Position numbers and translations under genes: made by a program. DNA of 55,658 nucleotides, taken from IMG/VR virus record IMGVR_UViG_3300012157_000002, positions 1 through 55,658 of that record; one strand, 5' to 3'. The notes under the pieces are model-generated. The model saw only the letters and a program-made list of their open reading frames with translations. It did no database searches and was not told where the DNA came from. Positions 1 to 8,436 of the stretch are shown piece by piece. Source of the stretch: a virus (lineage: Duplodnaviria; Caudoviricetes). Numbering within the stretch: position 1 is the stretch's first letter; each line of letters begins with the position of its first letter.

Positions 1-36
1 CGAGCTTCAACGTGTATGTGGCAGCCAGTTCGTCGG

Positions 37-270
37 TCATACTTTTCCCCAGCGTTTCAGTGGGCACTCTTCGTGCGGCATCGCCAGCTTGTTGAACGGA
101 TGCCGGTGTCGGCTGATCGTGCAGCCGCACAGTTGACAGAACCAACGCCACCAGCTTCGGCGTCGGGCCGAGCAAGACTCGCAGATCATGGCGCGGACTT
201 CGATCACTGGCAGCGGAGCTAGGGCCTTGCGGCCGATGAGCCACAGCCAGATGGATCGGAGGAAGCTCAT
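37..270 (-). CDS. small Cys-rich hypothetical protein
   Basis: CESC, CQLCGC and ECP motifs; ATGA overlap with the upstream gene. Confidence 0.6.
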   Translation of the reverse strand: MSFLRSIWLWLIGRKALAPLPVIEVRAMICESCSARRRSWWRWFCQLCGCTISRHRHPFNKLAMPHEECPLKRWGKV

Positions 271-485
271 TCGTTCGTCGTTTTTGTCTCGGAGAACCGA
301 ACGATGACCGGGGCTTCGTGGACGTGCAGGTCCATGTTGGACCAGTCGCCGCCGCCGCCAGGGACTCGCACTATGACATCAGCGTCGTCGGGTACGTTGA
401 TGCCCTTGGCACGCATCGCGCAGAGGATGTCAGTGCGTGTGACGATGTGCTCTTCTCGGACAGTCGTGGTGACGGTCTTAGCCAT
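267..485 (-). CDS. hypothetical protein
   Basis: ORF in a tightly packed minus-strand run; start taken at MAKTVT. Confidence 0.6.
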   Translation of the reverse strand: MAKTVTTTVREEHIVTRTDILCAMRAKGINVPDDADVIVRVPGGGGDWSNMDLHVHEAPVIVRFSETKTTNE

Positions 486-560
486 TGCCGATCTTGTACA
501 CGGTGAGGGTGCCCAGGCCGAAGTAGAGAAGGACGCCGAGGACAAAGCAGAGGGCTTGGA

Positions 561-752
561 CTACCACTTGTTCGTGTCCACGAAGCACGCCAGGGCGGCG
601 ACCTGGACCCAGAAGAGGATCAGATACACGCAGATCGCCGTGTAGAAGGCGGCCGTGCTGTACGGGAACGGGTCACTGTGCAGCCAGCCGATGCCAAAGG
701 GCAGCGCGGCGAATAGGGTGACAAGCTGGAAGGCATTGAAGACGCGGAACAA
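561..752 (-). CDS. small membrane protein
   Basis: two hydrophobic stretches; GGAG upstream of a TTG start. Confidence 0.55.
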   Translation of the reverse strand: MFRVFNAFQLVTLFAALPFGIGWLHSDPFPYSTAAFYTAICVYLILFWVQVAALACFVDTNKW

Positions 753-783
753 GGTAGTTCTCCGTTGAGGTATATGTCCACAG

Positions 784-813
784 TGGCTACACCGCTGACA
801 TCACCCTGGGCGC
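784..813 (-). promoter_or_regulatory. bipartite promoter-like motif GCGCCCA-N13-GGTGTAGCC
   Basis: matches a motif recurring upstream of several minus-strand genes; lies just downstream of a terminator. Confidence 0.6.
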
Positions 814-816
814 ATG

Positions 817-852
817 AAAATGCCCGGCGTAATCTTGCGACTACGCCGGGCA
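817..852 (-). terminator. intrinsic terminator after the Ro60 gene
   Basis: TGCCCGGCGTA/TACGCCGGGCA stem followed by TTTT on the minus strand. Confidence 0.8.
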
Positions 853-878
853 CCTGGAGCTAACAAGGTTTGTAGCGG

Positions 879-2561
879 TTAGGCCGCCTTCGTCTTGCGG
901 GCGGCGGCCTTGTGACGGCCGGGAGCTTCCTCCCGAACGAAGTCCGCCATGATGGCGGGAGCGTTCGTGTCAAAGCCGACCATATCCATCTGGCCGGGGT
1001 CTTTCGGGTCGGCGATCGTGAAGTCGTTCGAGGTCATCCCGACGACGATCAACTTGGCATCACGGCCCATCTTCTGACGATACTCTTCGAGGGCGACGGT
1101 CGGGTGCTTGCGGCCCACGTAGGTCTCGCTGTCGGTCAGCACCACGAAGGCATCCACGACCAGCCGGTTCTGCAAAGCGTGGATCATCGGCACGGCACAG
1201 TCGGTCGAGCCGAAGTTGGTGTGGTAAACCTTCTTCTCCACGTCGTCGAGGCGGTCGCGGGCGGTGATCCGCAGGTCTTGGAAGTGGCTCGTGAAGCCGA
1301 AGGCGTAGGACGCCGGCTCGGTCCGCATTCCAACCATCGCCAAGCAAGCCGCCGCAGACCGGCAGGAGATGTTCGTGTTGTTGATTAGGGCCGACATTGA
1401 CCCGGACACGTCGATCCCGAACAGGTGGTTCTTCCCGGTCGGCTCGATCGTGCCGAACGCGAGGTAGAAGGCATCCTCCAGGGCGGCGACGACCTGGGGC
1501 ACCGGCGTCCACGAGTTGGACCCACGGAAGCCGTGGCCCGAGGCGTAGGTCTTGAGGGCGACGAGCAGGTTGAATGGGTGGACGCGACCGTCCTTCAGCA
1601 TCACAGCGTCGGTGAGTGCCTGACAAACCTTCTTGGTCCCGAGGGACAGCGGCTTCAGGACGCCCACCATCGTCATCTTGTTCAGGTTGCGGATCATGGC
1701 GGTGATCGGCATACCTTGGGCGAGCGCCTCCCAGATTTCTGGCTCGTTGAGCTTCTCGGTCGGGATGTGCTCACGGACGAGGCCCTCTTCCTCGATCAGC
1801 TTGCAAATCCTCTTGGTGCTCGCGGTGCGAGCTTCCTCCACGAACACCAGCGTCCGGGTGCCGGGCTTCGCGGAGGCGAGCCACTTGTCCTTCTGGGCGA
1901 CGTACTGGTACACGTCCGCCTGTCCACGGGCGGGGACGGCGTGGGTCAGACGGAGCAGGTCGCGGTGCGTGTAGCCGTTACGCGACGGATACTTGGTGAC
2001 TTGGTAGGCCAGCCGGTCGGCGTCCTTAGACTGATACCAGTTCGCGACGGCGTTCTTGAGCGCCCGGCCCCAGCCACGGAACTGGGTGACAGACTCCACA
2101 AACTGAAAGAGATGCGTGCCGGTCCGGCAGACATCGTTCAGATGGGCCAGCGCGACATCGGCGATCGTGTTCGGGCGCGAAACGTCTTTGCGGCCGTAAT
2201 GTTCTGCGAACACGGCTGACCGGCCTCCATAGACCGCCTTGTCTTGGCAGCTTGCCAGAAGGGCCAGGGCGAAGATCGCCGGGTCGTTCTTAGGAGCGCG
2301 GCCAGCCGCGCTGATCTCGACGATACGTTGCACTGCGCGGTTGGCGTCCAGACTCGCACATTCCAGCACGGCCGCAGCGTTCTCGCGGGTCAGCTTACGC
2401 TCGCTGGCGTAGTAGCTGCCGCCCTCGCAGCCGAGGACGAGGAAGCGGTCGAGGCGGGTCCAGCAGTCCACTCCGTAGGAGTAGCCGCCGGCCGAGTTGG
2501 CGACTTGGCCCGGCAGGGCCTCCGTCTGCGGCGGGCTGGCAAGGTGCTTGGCGTAACCCAT
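879..2561 (-). CDS. rsr: Ro60/TROVE domain ribonucleoprotein (Rsr)
   Basis: N-terminal NSAGGY and RLDRFLVLG-EGGSYY, GRAPK, KYPSRNGYTHRDLLRL, AMIRNL, RVHP; C-terminal vWA DVSGSM, TDC, TDSET, GFD. Confidence 0.96.
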   Translation of the reverse strand: MGYAKHLASPPQTEALPGQVANSAGGYSYGVDCWTRLDRFLVLGCEGGSYYASERKLTRENAAAVLECASLDANRAVQRIVEISAAGRAPKNDPAIFALALLASCQDKAVYGGRSAVFAEHYGRKDVSRPNTIADVALAHLNDVCRTGTHLFQFVESVTQFRGWGRALKNAVANWYQSKDADRLAYQVTKYPSRNGYTHRDLLRLTHAVPARGQADVYQYVAQKDKWLASAKPGTRTLVFVEEARTASTKRICKLIEEEGLVREHIPTEKLNEPEIWEALAQGMPITAMIRNLNKMTMVGVLKPLSLGTKKVCQALTDAVMLKDGRVHPFNLLVALKTYASGHGFRGSNSWTPVPQVVAALEDAFYLAFGTIEPTGKNHLFGIDVSGSMSALINNTNISCRSAAACLAMVGMRTEPASYAFGFTSHFQDLRITARDRLDDVEKKVYHTNFGSTDCAVPMIHALQNRLVVDAFVVLTDSETYVGRKHPTVALEEYRQKMGRDAKLIVVGMTSNDFTIADPKDPGQMDMVGFDTNAPAIMADFVREEAPGRHKAAARKTKAA

Positions 2562-2585
2562 CGGTGCTGCTCCAGGTTGAAAAGC

Positions 2586-2652
2586 GGGCGAACAAGTTGT
2601 GCGGCCTAGGGGGAAATCTTAAAAGGATAACCCTGGGCCAAGCGGCTCACCC
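2586..2652 (-). ncRNA. short Y RNA-like hairpin 1
   Basis: terminal stem GGGUGAGC/GUUCGCCC with bulged C then G-U; inner stem GGCCCAGGG/CCCUAGGCC; GGGUUAUC shared with hairpin 2; ends about 25 nt before the rsr ATG. Confidence 0.75.
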
Positions 2653-2669
2653 ATGCGCTTCAATACAAG

Positions 2670-2733
2670 TCCGTGAACAAGTTGGTGCTGAGGGGTATAT
2701 TAAGCCGATAACCCTCAACTGTCGGCTCACGGA
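2670..2733 (-). ncRNA. short Y RNA-like hairpin 2
   Basis: UCCGUGAGC-C-GA paired with UU-GUUCACGGA (bulged-C helix); inner stem GUUGAGGG/CCCUCAGC; GGGUUAUC. Confidence 0.8.
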
Positions 2734-2735
2734 AG

Positions 2736-2866
2736 TCAGAGTGCCAGGAGTCGAACCTGGAATGAACCCGTCCCTTGAGAACAGTTTCCGGCCGGCTCGC
2801 CTAAGACGAACAAGTTGATCGGGAACCATTTTTCACGGGCGCGTCTGCCAATTCCGCCACACTCTG
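2736..2866 (-). ncRNA. tRNA-topology Y RNA: tRNA scaffold with a Ro-binding-like helix replacing the anticodon loop
   Basis: acceptor CAGAGUG/CACUCUG+A, Leu-like D arm GCGGAAUUGGCAGACGC, stem CCCGU/ACGGG enclosing a 63-nt insert with CAACUUGUUCGUC-UUA-GGCGAGCCG, T arm CCAGG-UUCGACU-CCUGG. Confidence 0.85.
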
Positions 2867-2890
2867 ATAAGTTGATCGATCAGGACGTGG

Positions 2891-2920
2891 GTGCTACACC
2901 AAGGCGACCTCTGTGGAGAC
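2891..2920 (-). promoter_or_regulatory. bipartite promoter-like motif GTCTCCA-N13-GGTGTAGCAC
   Basis: ends about 25 nt upstream of the tRNA-Y RNA; overlaps the stop codon of the sigma gene. Confidence 0.7.
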
Positions 2921-3718
2921 GTTGCCGATCAATTTGTTAAGCATGGCGCAGAGCGACGACAGGTCCGCTTCATCCTCGCTGTCTTCGAGCACGACCCGAG
3001 ACAGCGCGTCACACTGATCCGGTGGGAGCAGGTCGATTAGATCGCGAACGGTAGCGAGTTCGACATCCGAGAGGGTCGCACTGCCTTCTGGCATCTCTCC
3101 GTGGTTACACCGGGAGCGGATTATGGCGCACGCTTCGTCGAGACGCTTGCTAAGTGTGCGACGGCCGACGCATAGGACGGCCTCGGCCCTGCGGAGCGAG
3201 GCTCCGTTGGTCAAGACGAACTGCACGATCTGTCGTAGGTGGACGGGCAAGCTCAGAACGATCTTGGGCAGGGCCTCGCGGATGTCTCGCTGGTGGCTGA
3301 CTTCGGCCTCGTTGATTGGCCCATCACCGATGATCTCGGTAAAATTGATGCCTTCCTGGTTGAAGGACCAAGCGACATCACCCGCATGGTCGGACTCTTT
3401 GTCAAAATCGGAGAACCGCATGGTATGCTTCTTGCGACGGTGATAGTCCCGGTTGGCGTTCTTCGCGAGGCGGTCCGCCATCGCGTACAGCCAGGGGCGA
3501 AATAGCTGACCCGTCTGGAACCCCCCAGCGTGCTTGTGAACCCGCATGAAGACAGCTTGGCACACGTCGTCCGCATTATCCGTGTCTTGACGGATGCGGC
3601 TCTCCAGGTAACGCTGAAGGGGTGTGTAGTACCGATTGAAGAGGGTGTCGAAGGCGTCCGAGTTTCCTGATTGGAACGCCTGCATCAATTCTTCATCGGT
3701 CCGCTTTGCAAGGTTCAT
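2894..3718 (-). CDS. sigma-70 family (ECF-like) RNA polymerase sigma factor
   Basis: TDEELM..FQSGNSDAFDTLFNRY, ADDVCQAVFMRV, FRPWLYAMA (region 2); LP..LRQIV and HTH (region 4) plus a C-terminal extension; GGAGG before the ATG at 3718. Confidence 0.85.
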   Translation of the reverse strand: MNLAKRTDEELMQAFQSGNSDAFDTLFNRYYTPLQRYLESRIRQDTDNADDVCQAVFMRVHKHAGGFQTGQLFRPWLYAMADRLAKNANRDYHRRKKHTMRFSDFDKESDHAGDVAWSFNQEGINFTEIIGDGPINEAEVSHQRDIREALPKIVLSLPVHLRQIVQFVLTNGASLRRAEAVLCVGRRTLSKRLDEACAIIRSRCNHGEMPEGSATLSDVELATVRDLIDLLPPDQCDALSRVVLEDSEDEADLSSLCAMLNKLIGNVSTEVALV

Positions 3719-3750
3719 CCTGCGTCCTCCAAGGTTGGTGTGACCGAAAG

Positions 3751-3780
3751 GTACTACACCGATCTCGGAAGGCTGGTCAC
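3751..3780 (-). promoter_or_regulatory. bipartite promoter-like motif GTGACCA-N13-GGTGTAGTAC upstream of the sigma gene
   Basis: same motif and spacing as the other copies; about 32 nt upstream of the ATG. Confidence 0.7.
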
Positions 3781-4090
3781 TCGAATTACGGATAGTTGCC
3801 GGGTCAAAACGAACGGGCTGCACTAAGGAAAACATCAATGGAAGGCTCCAAGAGCGCACCAGCCTTGCAGACTGGCGCACCCCCACACAGGTAGGTTGTG
3901 CAAAAATCTTTTCGCAGAATCAAATCCAAACCGGGTGTGGGACGAGCACCTATCCAGTTCGTATCAAGTTTCTTGCTACACTCAAGAATGCTTCCTAATT
4001 CCCATAAGTCAACTTGCATAAAGGCACTTTGGCGGCTGACCGCGACAAGACACCTAATTGGGCCGCACAACCCGACCTGATAGGCGATCC

Positions 4091-4332
4091 GTGCAACGAT
4101 CCGTGCAACGATTGGCCCGGATTCCTGGGACTTGACGTTATTCGCCGAACAAAATACGATGACATAAGTTGTTGGAGAGCCGGGATTTACGCGGATCAGC
4201 CAGTTGCCAACTCTGCATTCGTAATGCGGGGGTTGTGGGTTCGACTCCCACCGCTGGCTCTGTTTTTGCCAAGGACTTACGGCGACCGCCCAAGTGGAAT
4301 CGTTGCACAATGCAATCGAAAAGTGCAACGAT
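4091..4332 (+). mobile_element. attP site: core is the 3' part of tRNA-Thr(CGT) at 4213-4259, flanked by arm-type repeats
   Basis: CTGCA-TTCGTAA-TGCGG anticodon arm, GTGGG-TTCGACT-CCCAC T arm, no D arm; GTGCAACGAT at 4091, 4103 and 4323 and inverted at 4299; adjacent to the integrase. Confidence 0.85.
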
Positions 4333-4377
4333 CCGCCCGGCTCTCCACAGTGACCTATTCTTCCTGTGGAGAGCACC

Positions 4378-5409
4378 ATGCGCAAGCCGGAACCCTTCTT
4401 TCGTAAGCAAACCCAGTCCTATTACCTGAAGCTCGGGAAAGAGTTCATCAACCTGGGCAAGGACGAGACCGAAGCGTGGGAGGAATACTACGAGATCATG
4501 GCGAAGCGCCGGCAGGAAACGGTCACGGCCGACGACTCGGTGGCGACCCTGGTTGACCGCCGCTGGACCTGGGTCAAGAACAATCTGTCCGAGACCACGG
4601 CCGACCGGATGAAGCCGGTGCTGACCTCGTTCAAGGCGTTCATCGGGACCAAGCTGAAGGTCCGCAAGCTGAAGCCGTTCCATGTCACGAACTGGATCGA
4701 CGAGAAGTACCCCCACGTCGGCGACACCCGCCGCCACACCCTCATCACCCACGTCAAGGGCGTCTTCGGCTGGGCGGCGACCGAGGGCTATATTGAAGTC
4801 AGCCCGATCGCCAACATGAAGAAGCCCGAGCCGGCGATCCGGCAGGAATTCCTCCATGCCGACATTTGGCCCCAGGTGATCGCCTCGGCGACGGATGCCC
4901 AGTTCAAGGAATTCTTGACCTTCATGCTGGACAGCGGCGCTCGGGTCCAGGAGATGTTCAAGATCGAGGCCCGACACCTGGACGGCCGACAGATCACGTT
5001 CGAGATCAAAAACAGCAAGGGTAAGAAGCGGAGCCGAGTGATCTGGCTACCGGACACGGCCTTCAAGATTGTGGCCGCCCTTGCGAAGAAGTATTCGACC
5101 GGGAAGCTCTTCAGGAATCGGAAGGGCAACCCGTGGAATAAGAACTCAGTGCGTTGCCGGTTTCGCCGGCTGAAGACTCTGCTGAGCGAACCCAAGCTCA
5201 CGGCGACGACGTTGCGACACTCGTATGCCCACAACCGACTGATTAGCGGGCAAGACCCCATGTATGTAAGCAAGCTCATGGGTCACGTTGACGGTCGGAT
5301 GCTGGCGACTCGCTACGGGCACATCGAGAAGAACAGTGGCTTCATGGCCGCCCAGGCTAACCTCATAGCCTTTCCAGAATCTCAACCGACTGCGGCGAGG
5401 GCTGGTTGA
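4378..5409 (+). CDS. int: tyrosine recombinase/integrase
   Basis: DSGARVQE (R), SKGK (K), TLRHSYA, LMGH, RYGH (Y). Confidence 0.95.
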   Translation: MRKPEPFFRKQTQSYYLKLGKEFINLGKDETEAWEEYYEIMAKRRQETVTADDSVATLVDRRWTWVKNNLSETTADRMKPVLTSFKAFIGTKLKVRKLKPFHVTNWIDEKYPHVGDTRRHTLITHVKGVFGWAATEGYIEVSPIANMKKPEPAIRQEFLHADIWPQVIASATDAQFKEFLTFMLDSGARVQEMFKIEARHLDGRQITFEIKNSKGKKRSRVIWLPDTAFKIVAALAKKYSTGKLFRNRKGNPWNKNSVRCRFRRLKTLLSEPKLTATTLRHSYAHNRLISGQDPMYVSKLMGHVDGRMLATRYGHIEKNSGFMAAQANLIAFPESQPTAARAG

Positions 5410-5569
5410 TGTAGCGTTCGAGATCGACCGGGCGCACACGGAGCGTGCCTCGGCCGGTGCCGATCCGCTTGGCCTTCAGGTCGCCGTCTTCGACGAGCTT
5501 GTAGGCGGTCGTGCGGCCGATCGACAATCGGTCCGCTACGTCTTTCATGGTCAGTAGCTTGTCGCTCAT
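5363..5569 (-). CDS. xis: excisionase-like HTH protein
   Basis: LLTMKDVADRLSIGRTTAYKLV..GDL...RIG; convergent with and overlapping int. Confidence 0.85.
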   Translation of the reverse strand: MSDKLLTMKDVADRLSIGRTTAYKLVEDGDLKAKRIGTGRGTLRVRPVDLERYINQPSPQSVEILERL

Positions 5570-5617
5570 TAGATTTGACACTCGACCAGGGCGTTCTATC
5601 TTTGCCGGGAGGAACCT

Positions 5618-5887
5618 ATGAGGAATCTGATCGGGCTAATGTTGATTCTTGTTTGCTCGGCGGCGATGGCGGCTGGCCCGTCACGCATAACGATGCAGAA
5701 CTTCAACAAAATTAAGCTCGGCGACACGGAAACTTGGGTAACACGATGTCTCGGTCCGGCGACTGGTTCTAAGTGGGAGTCAGCAGACAGCAAGTGCCTG
5801 GAATGGACTAAGCCTCAGTATGTCTTGGTACTCATCACGTTCGAGGAAGGTAAGGTTGTCAGGAAAGCCCAGGCCAATCTCAGGTGA
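5618..5887 (+). CDS. small exported protein (moron-like)
   Basis: signal peptide ending AMA; IT..NFNKIKLG.T...V...LG motif; isolated plus-strand gene with GGAGG. Confidence 0.7.
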   Translation: MRNLIGLMLILVCSAAMAAGPSRITMQNFNKIKLGDTETWVTRCLGPATGSKWESADSKCLEWTKPQYVLVLITFEEGKVVRKAQANLR

Positions 5888-6110
5888 ACTTCTCGGCCGT
5901 CTTCAGACACACGGCGGCGATCTGCTTGAGTTCGGCGCGGATGCGTTTCTTGCTCCGCTTGGACCGCTTCAGCTTGACCTCATCCCAGAACTCTTCCACT
6001 TCCTCCAGCATGACGCCGAAGGCTTCGTGAAGGCTGTTGTACTGCCCGTGCTTCTTCACGGCCGCTTCCGCTTCTTCTATCACCTCGTCGAGAAAGCTCA
6101 TCCCATCCAC
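5880..6110 (-). CDS. MazG-like NTP pyrophosphohydrolase-fold small protein
   Basis: EEVEEFWDEV...ELKQIAAV acidic helical motif. Confidence 0.55.
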   Translation of the reverse strand: MDGMSFLDEVIEEAEAAVKKHGQYNSLHEAFGVMLEEVEEFWDEVKLKRSKRSKKRIRAELKQIAAVCLKTAEKFT

Positions 6111-6303
6111 GCTTGTTTAAGTTCGGGTTTGGAAGCAAAGCAGGCGACACAGGCGCGCCTGATGTGGTGATTTACGATCACTGTGTAGAACTGGCCGCCC
6201 AGGGGCAGCTTGGAGTAACACGACACGCATAGGGTCATGGCCGTAGCAGTGAGCGAGTGGCTCGCTGTGCGTTCGGCCTCGGCCCTAACCTCATCGGGAA
6301 ACT

Positions 6304-6942
6304 TCATATCTCGAAGACCCTCGGCTCATAGACCATCTCGTATCGCTCGTTGACCATCGTGGCGTTGGTGATGATTGTCTCGCCGCGAGTCCAGGTGCCT
6401 GGGTCGCTGTGGATGTGTCCGGTGACGACGAGCTTCGGTTTGATCTCGTTGATGCGCTTCGTGAACGCCATTGAGCCGACTCGCTCGGACCCTCCCCGCC
6501 TCGGAGCGCGATCACCGTAGCCGTAAGCTGGCCCGTGAGAGATGATGATGTCGCACTCGGGGATGGCTTCGTACTTCAGGTTCAACTCTGGCTCGTCCAG
6601 GTTGAACGCCCAGTCGTGGAACCGACGCTGCCAGGGCAGACCGTAGATGCGGTAGCTCTTGTCGCCGTGATAGATGATCGAGCCGGCGTCCGTGAGGAAC
6701 GTGCAATCTACATCAGGGTTCCTATTCTCGACCCCGATCCAGTCGTGGTTTCCAAAGCAGGCGATGATCCAGTTAGCCGGCTGTTCTTTCAGCCAGGGAT
6801 TGAATACTCGACGCAACCAAATGTCCTGGTAGAACACGTCATGGTTGTCCACGGGGCAGATGTCGCCCGCGATGAGTAGCAGGTCGCACTCCGGTATCGT
6901 CGGAAGCTGGCCGTGCAAATCGGAGATGGCAACGATCTTCAT
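6304..6942 (-). CDS. calcineurin-like metallophosphoesterase
   Basis: SDLHG, AGD, GNHD, SHGP, GHIH. Confidence 0.9.
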   Translation of the reverse strand: MKIVAISDLHGQLPTIPECDLLLIAGDICPVDNHDVFYQDIWLRRVFNPWLKEQPANWIIACFGNHDWIGVENRNPDVDCTFLTDAGSIIYHGDKSYRIYGLPWQRRFHDWAFNLDEPELNLKYEAIPECDIIISHGPAYGYGDRAPRRGGSERVGSMAFTKRINEIKPKLVVTGHIHSDPGTWTRGETIITNATMVNERYEMVYEPRVFEI

Positions 6943-7325
6943 GCGATCAGCATGTCCCTGACTTCTGGGCCGACTCTCGACCAATCCACGTATGGGCGAC
7001 CGGCCGGGTTGACAATCAACGGGCAGCCAGCGGCGGCGTCGTCGATGTAGATGTTCGCGTAAGCCTTCGGAGAGCTTGTCCACTCGTCCTGGTCGGGGTC
7101 GCGGTTGATCCCGTAGAACTCGATGCCATGCCGGCGGCAGAACTCGACGGCTTCCGTCAGCACGTCACCATGCTGCTGGCCGTCGCTCCGCATCGTGTAC
7201 AGGATCAGCTTAGCGCCCAACGCTTGGAACGCCTTCATCCATGCGAAGGCCAGCGGGACCGGCTCGCCGATCTTGGGGAATTCGTGCTTGGCGATCGTTC
7301 CGTCGAAGTCAACTGCGATCTTCAT
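6939..7325 (-). CDS. HAD-superfamily phosphatase (cap-less type)
   Basis: IAVDFDGT, LYTMR, K.YANIYIDD. Confidence 0.85.
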   Translation of the reverse strand: MKIAVDFDGTIAKHEFPKIGEPVPLAFAWMKAFQALGAKLILYTMRSDGQQHGDVLTEAVEFCRRHGIEFYGINRDPDQDEWTSSPKAYANIYIDDAAAGCPLIVNPAGRPYVDWSRVGPEVRDMLIA

Positions 7326-7729
7326 GCGGCGAGCCTGCAATCAGCCAGGGCCGCGACCTGGACGCTCACGATGGCGCTCGTGGTAATGGTGCCTGGGACT
7401 CCCTCCGTTGAGAACTCCAGGTACATCTCGACGCCGATGTACCCGATCTTGAGCATCGACCCACCCCAGGTGGACCCGTGGATGTTGACCGGCACTTGCT
7501 CGGGCAGATAGCGAGGCGTGCTGCCGTCCGGCTTGATTGCCCGGCCCAGAACCTTGCCGCCTTCCGAGATGAACTCGTAACGGGTGTTCTGAGTCTGGAC
7601 CACGATTAGGTGGTCGGGATGATCCTTCAGGAAGATGCCTTCGGTCGGGATGGCGGCCAGTTTCAGGCAGTCGTATGCCTCGCGGCCGTCAGGCAGGTTG
7701 ATCTTCGCGGCGTCAAACTTGTCGTTCAT
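7322..7729 (-). CDS. hypothetical protein
   Basis: coupled start/stop overlaps on both sides. Confidence 0.7.
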   Translation of the reverse strand: MNDKFDAAKINLPDGREAYDCLKLAAIPTEGIFLKDHPDHLIVVQTQNTRYEFISEGGKVLGRAIKPDGSTPRYLPEQVPVNIHGSTWGGSMLKIGYIGVEMYLEFSTEGVPGTITTSAIVSVQVAALADCRLAA

Positions 7730-8033
7730 TTCTGTCCTGTGAATTGCTTGTTCTTGCGGAAGTGCTCAGATAGTGCCTGGGCGACTTGCTTTGCGGTTGG
7801 TTTGTGATCCGGCGGCATCTCGCAGCCAGGGCAAGGCGGATCAAGCATCCCGTCGTAGCCAGAAATGCCGCAGACGTGCGCGGAGGGCACAGGCTCGGGG
7901 TTGTTGGCAAGATAGTATTGGGCGAGCGGCTCCAGGATCGTGGCGACCGTGTGCCCGTCGTAGCCGTCCCACACGTCCTGGTCGCCAGCGAGGTACTTCA
8001 AGAGGTCTTCGGCGGCTTGTCGATGCGGTGTCA

Positions 8034-8270
8034 TTAGTCGTCGCAGTTCTCGGATGAGAAGTCCTTGATGAACTCTTTGGTGAGTTCGATGTCGTAGTGG
8101 TAACTGCTAGTGTTGTCCGGCCAGCCCACTAGGTAGGTAGTTCCCGTTGGCCGAATGTCATAGCCAAGCAACATGCCGGGCCACCTGTTCGTGTTCGTCT
8201 TGATGTACACGATGTCGCCAACACGGAACTTGACGTAGATCGTAACTGACTTTATGTCGTCGCCTCTCAT
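8034..8270 (-). CDS. hypothetical protein (SH3/KOW-like start KFRVGDIV)
   Basis: ORF track; GGAG upstream. Confidence 0.6.
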   Translation of the reverse strand: MRGDDIKSVTIYVKFRVGDIVYIKTNTNRWPGMLLGYDIRPTGTTYLVGWPDNTSSYHYDIELTKEFIKDFSSENCDD

Positions 8271-8436
8271 AACTACTCCGGCTCTTCCTGAAACTGCGCG
8301 GCGTCGATCACGACCTTACCGGCCTTGACCGTGATGTCAGTGCAGCAATCGAGTTCGCGTAGCCTTCGACGTGTTTCCCAGACGATAGGAGCATCATCTG
8401 GAAGGTGTTCGGTCAATTTGCGGAATTCGCCGAGTG

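Noticed and set aside
2586-2817. CRISPR-like array from three GAACAAGTTG repeats
   Set aside because: The repeats are only 10 bp with irregular spacing and structured interiors. The PD-(D/E)XK gene is a stand-alone phage nuclease and no cas operon is present.
2772-2834. tRNA intron or ochre-suppressor (UUA) reading of the insert
   Set aside because: Too short for a self-splicing intron and no clear bulge-helix-bulge. UUA is a triloop at the end of an arm far too long for the ribosome. The motif shared with the adjacent RNAs explains it better.
4199-4259. functional tRNA-Thr gene
   Set aside because: The D arm is missing and the acceptor pairing is imperfect; position beside the integrase and arm repeats indicates an attP core.
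3804-4406. ORFs 3804-4385 (-) and 4014-4406 (+)
   Set aside because: They cross the attP and regulatory DNA and show no recognisable protein motifs.
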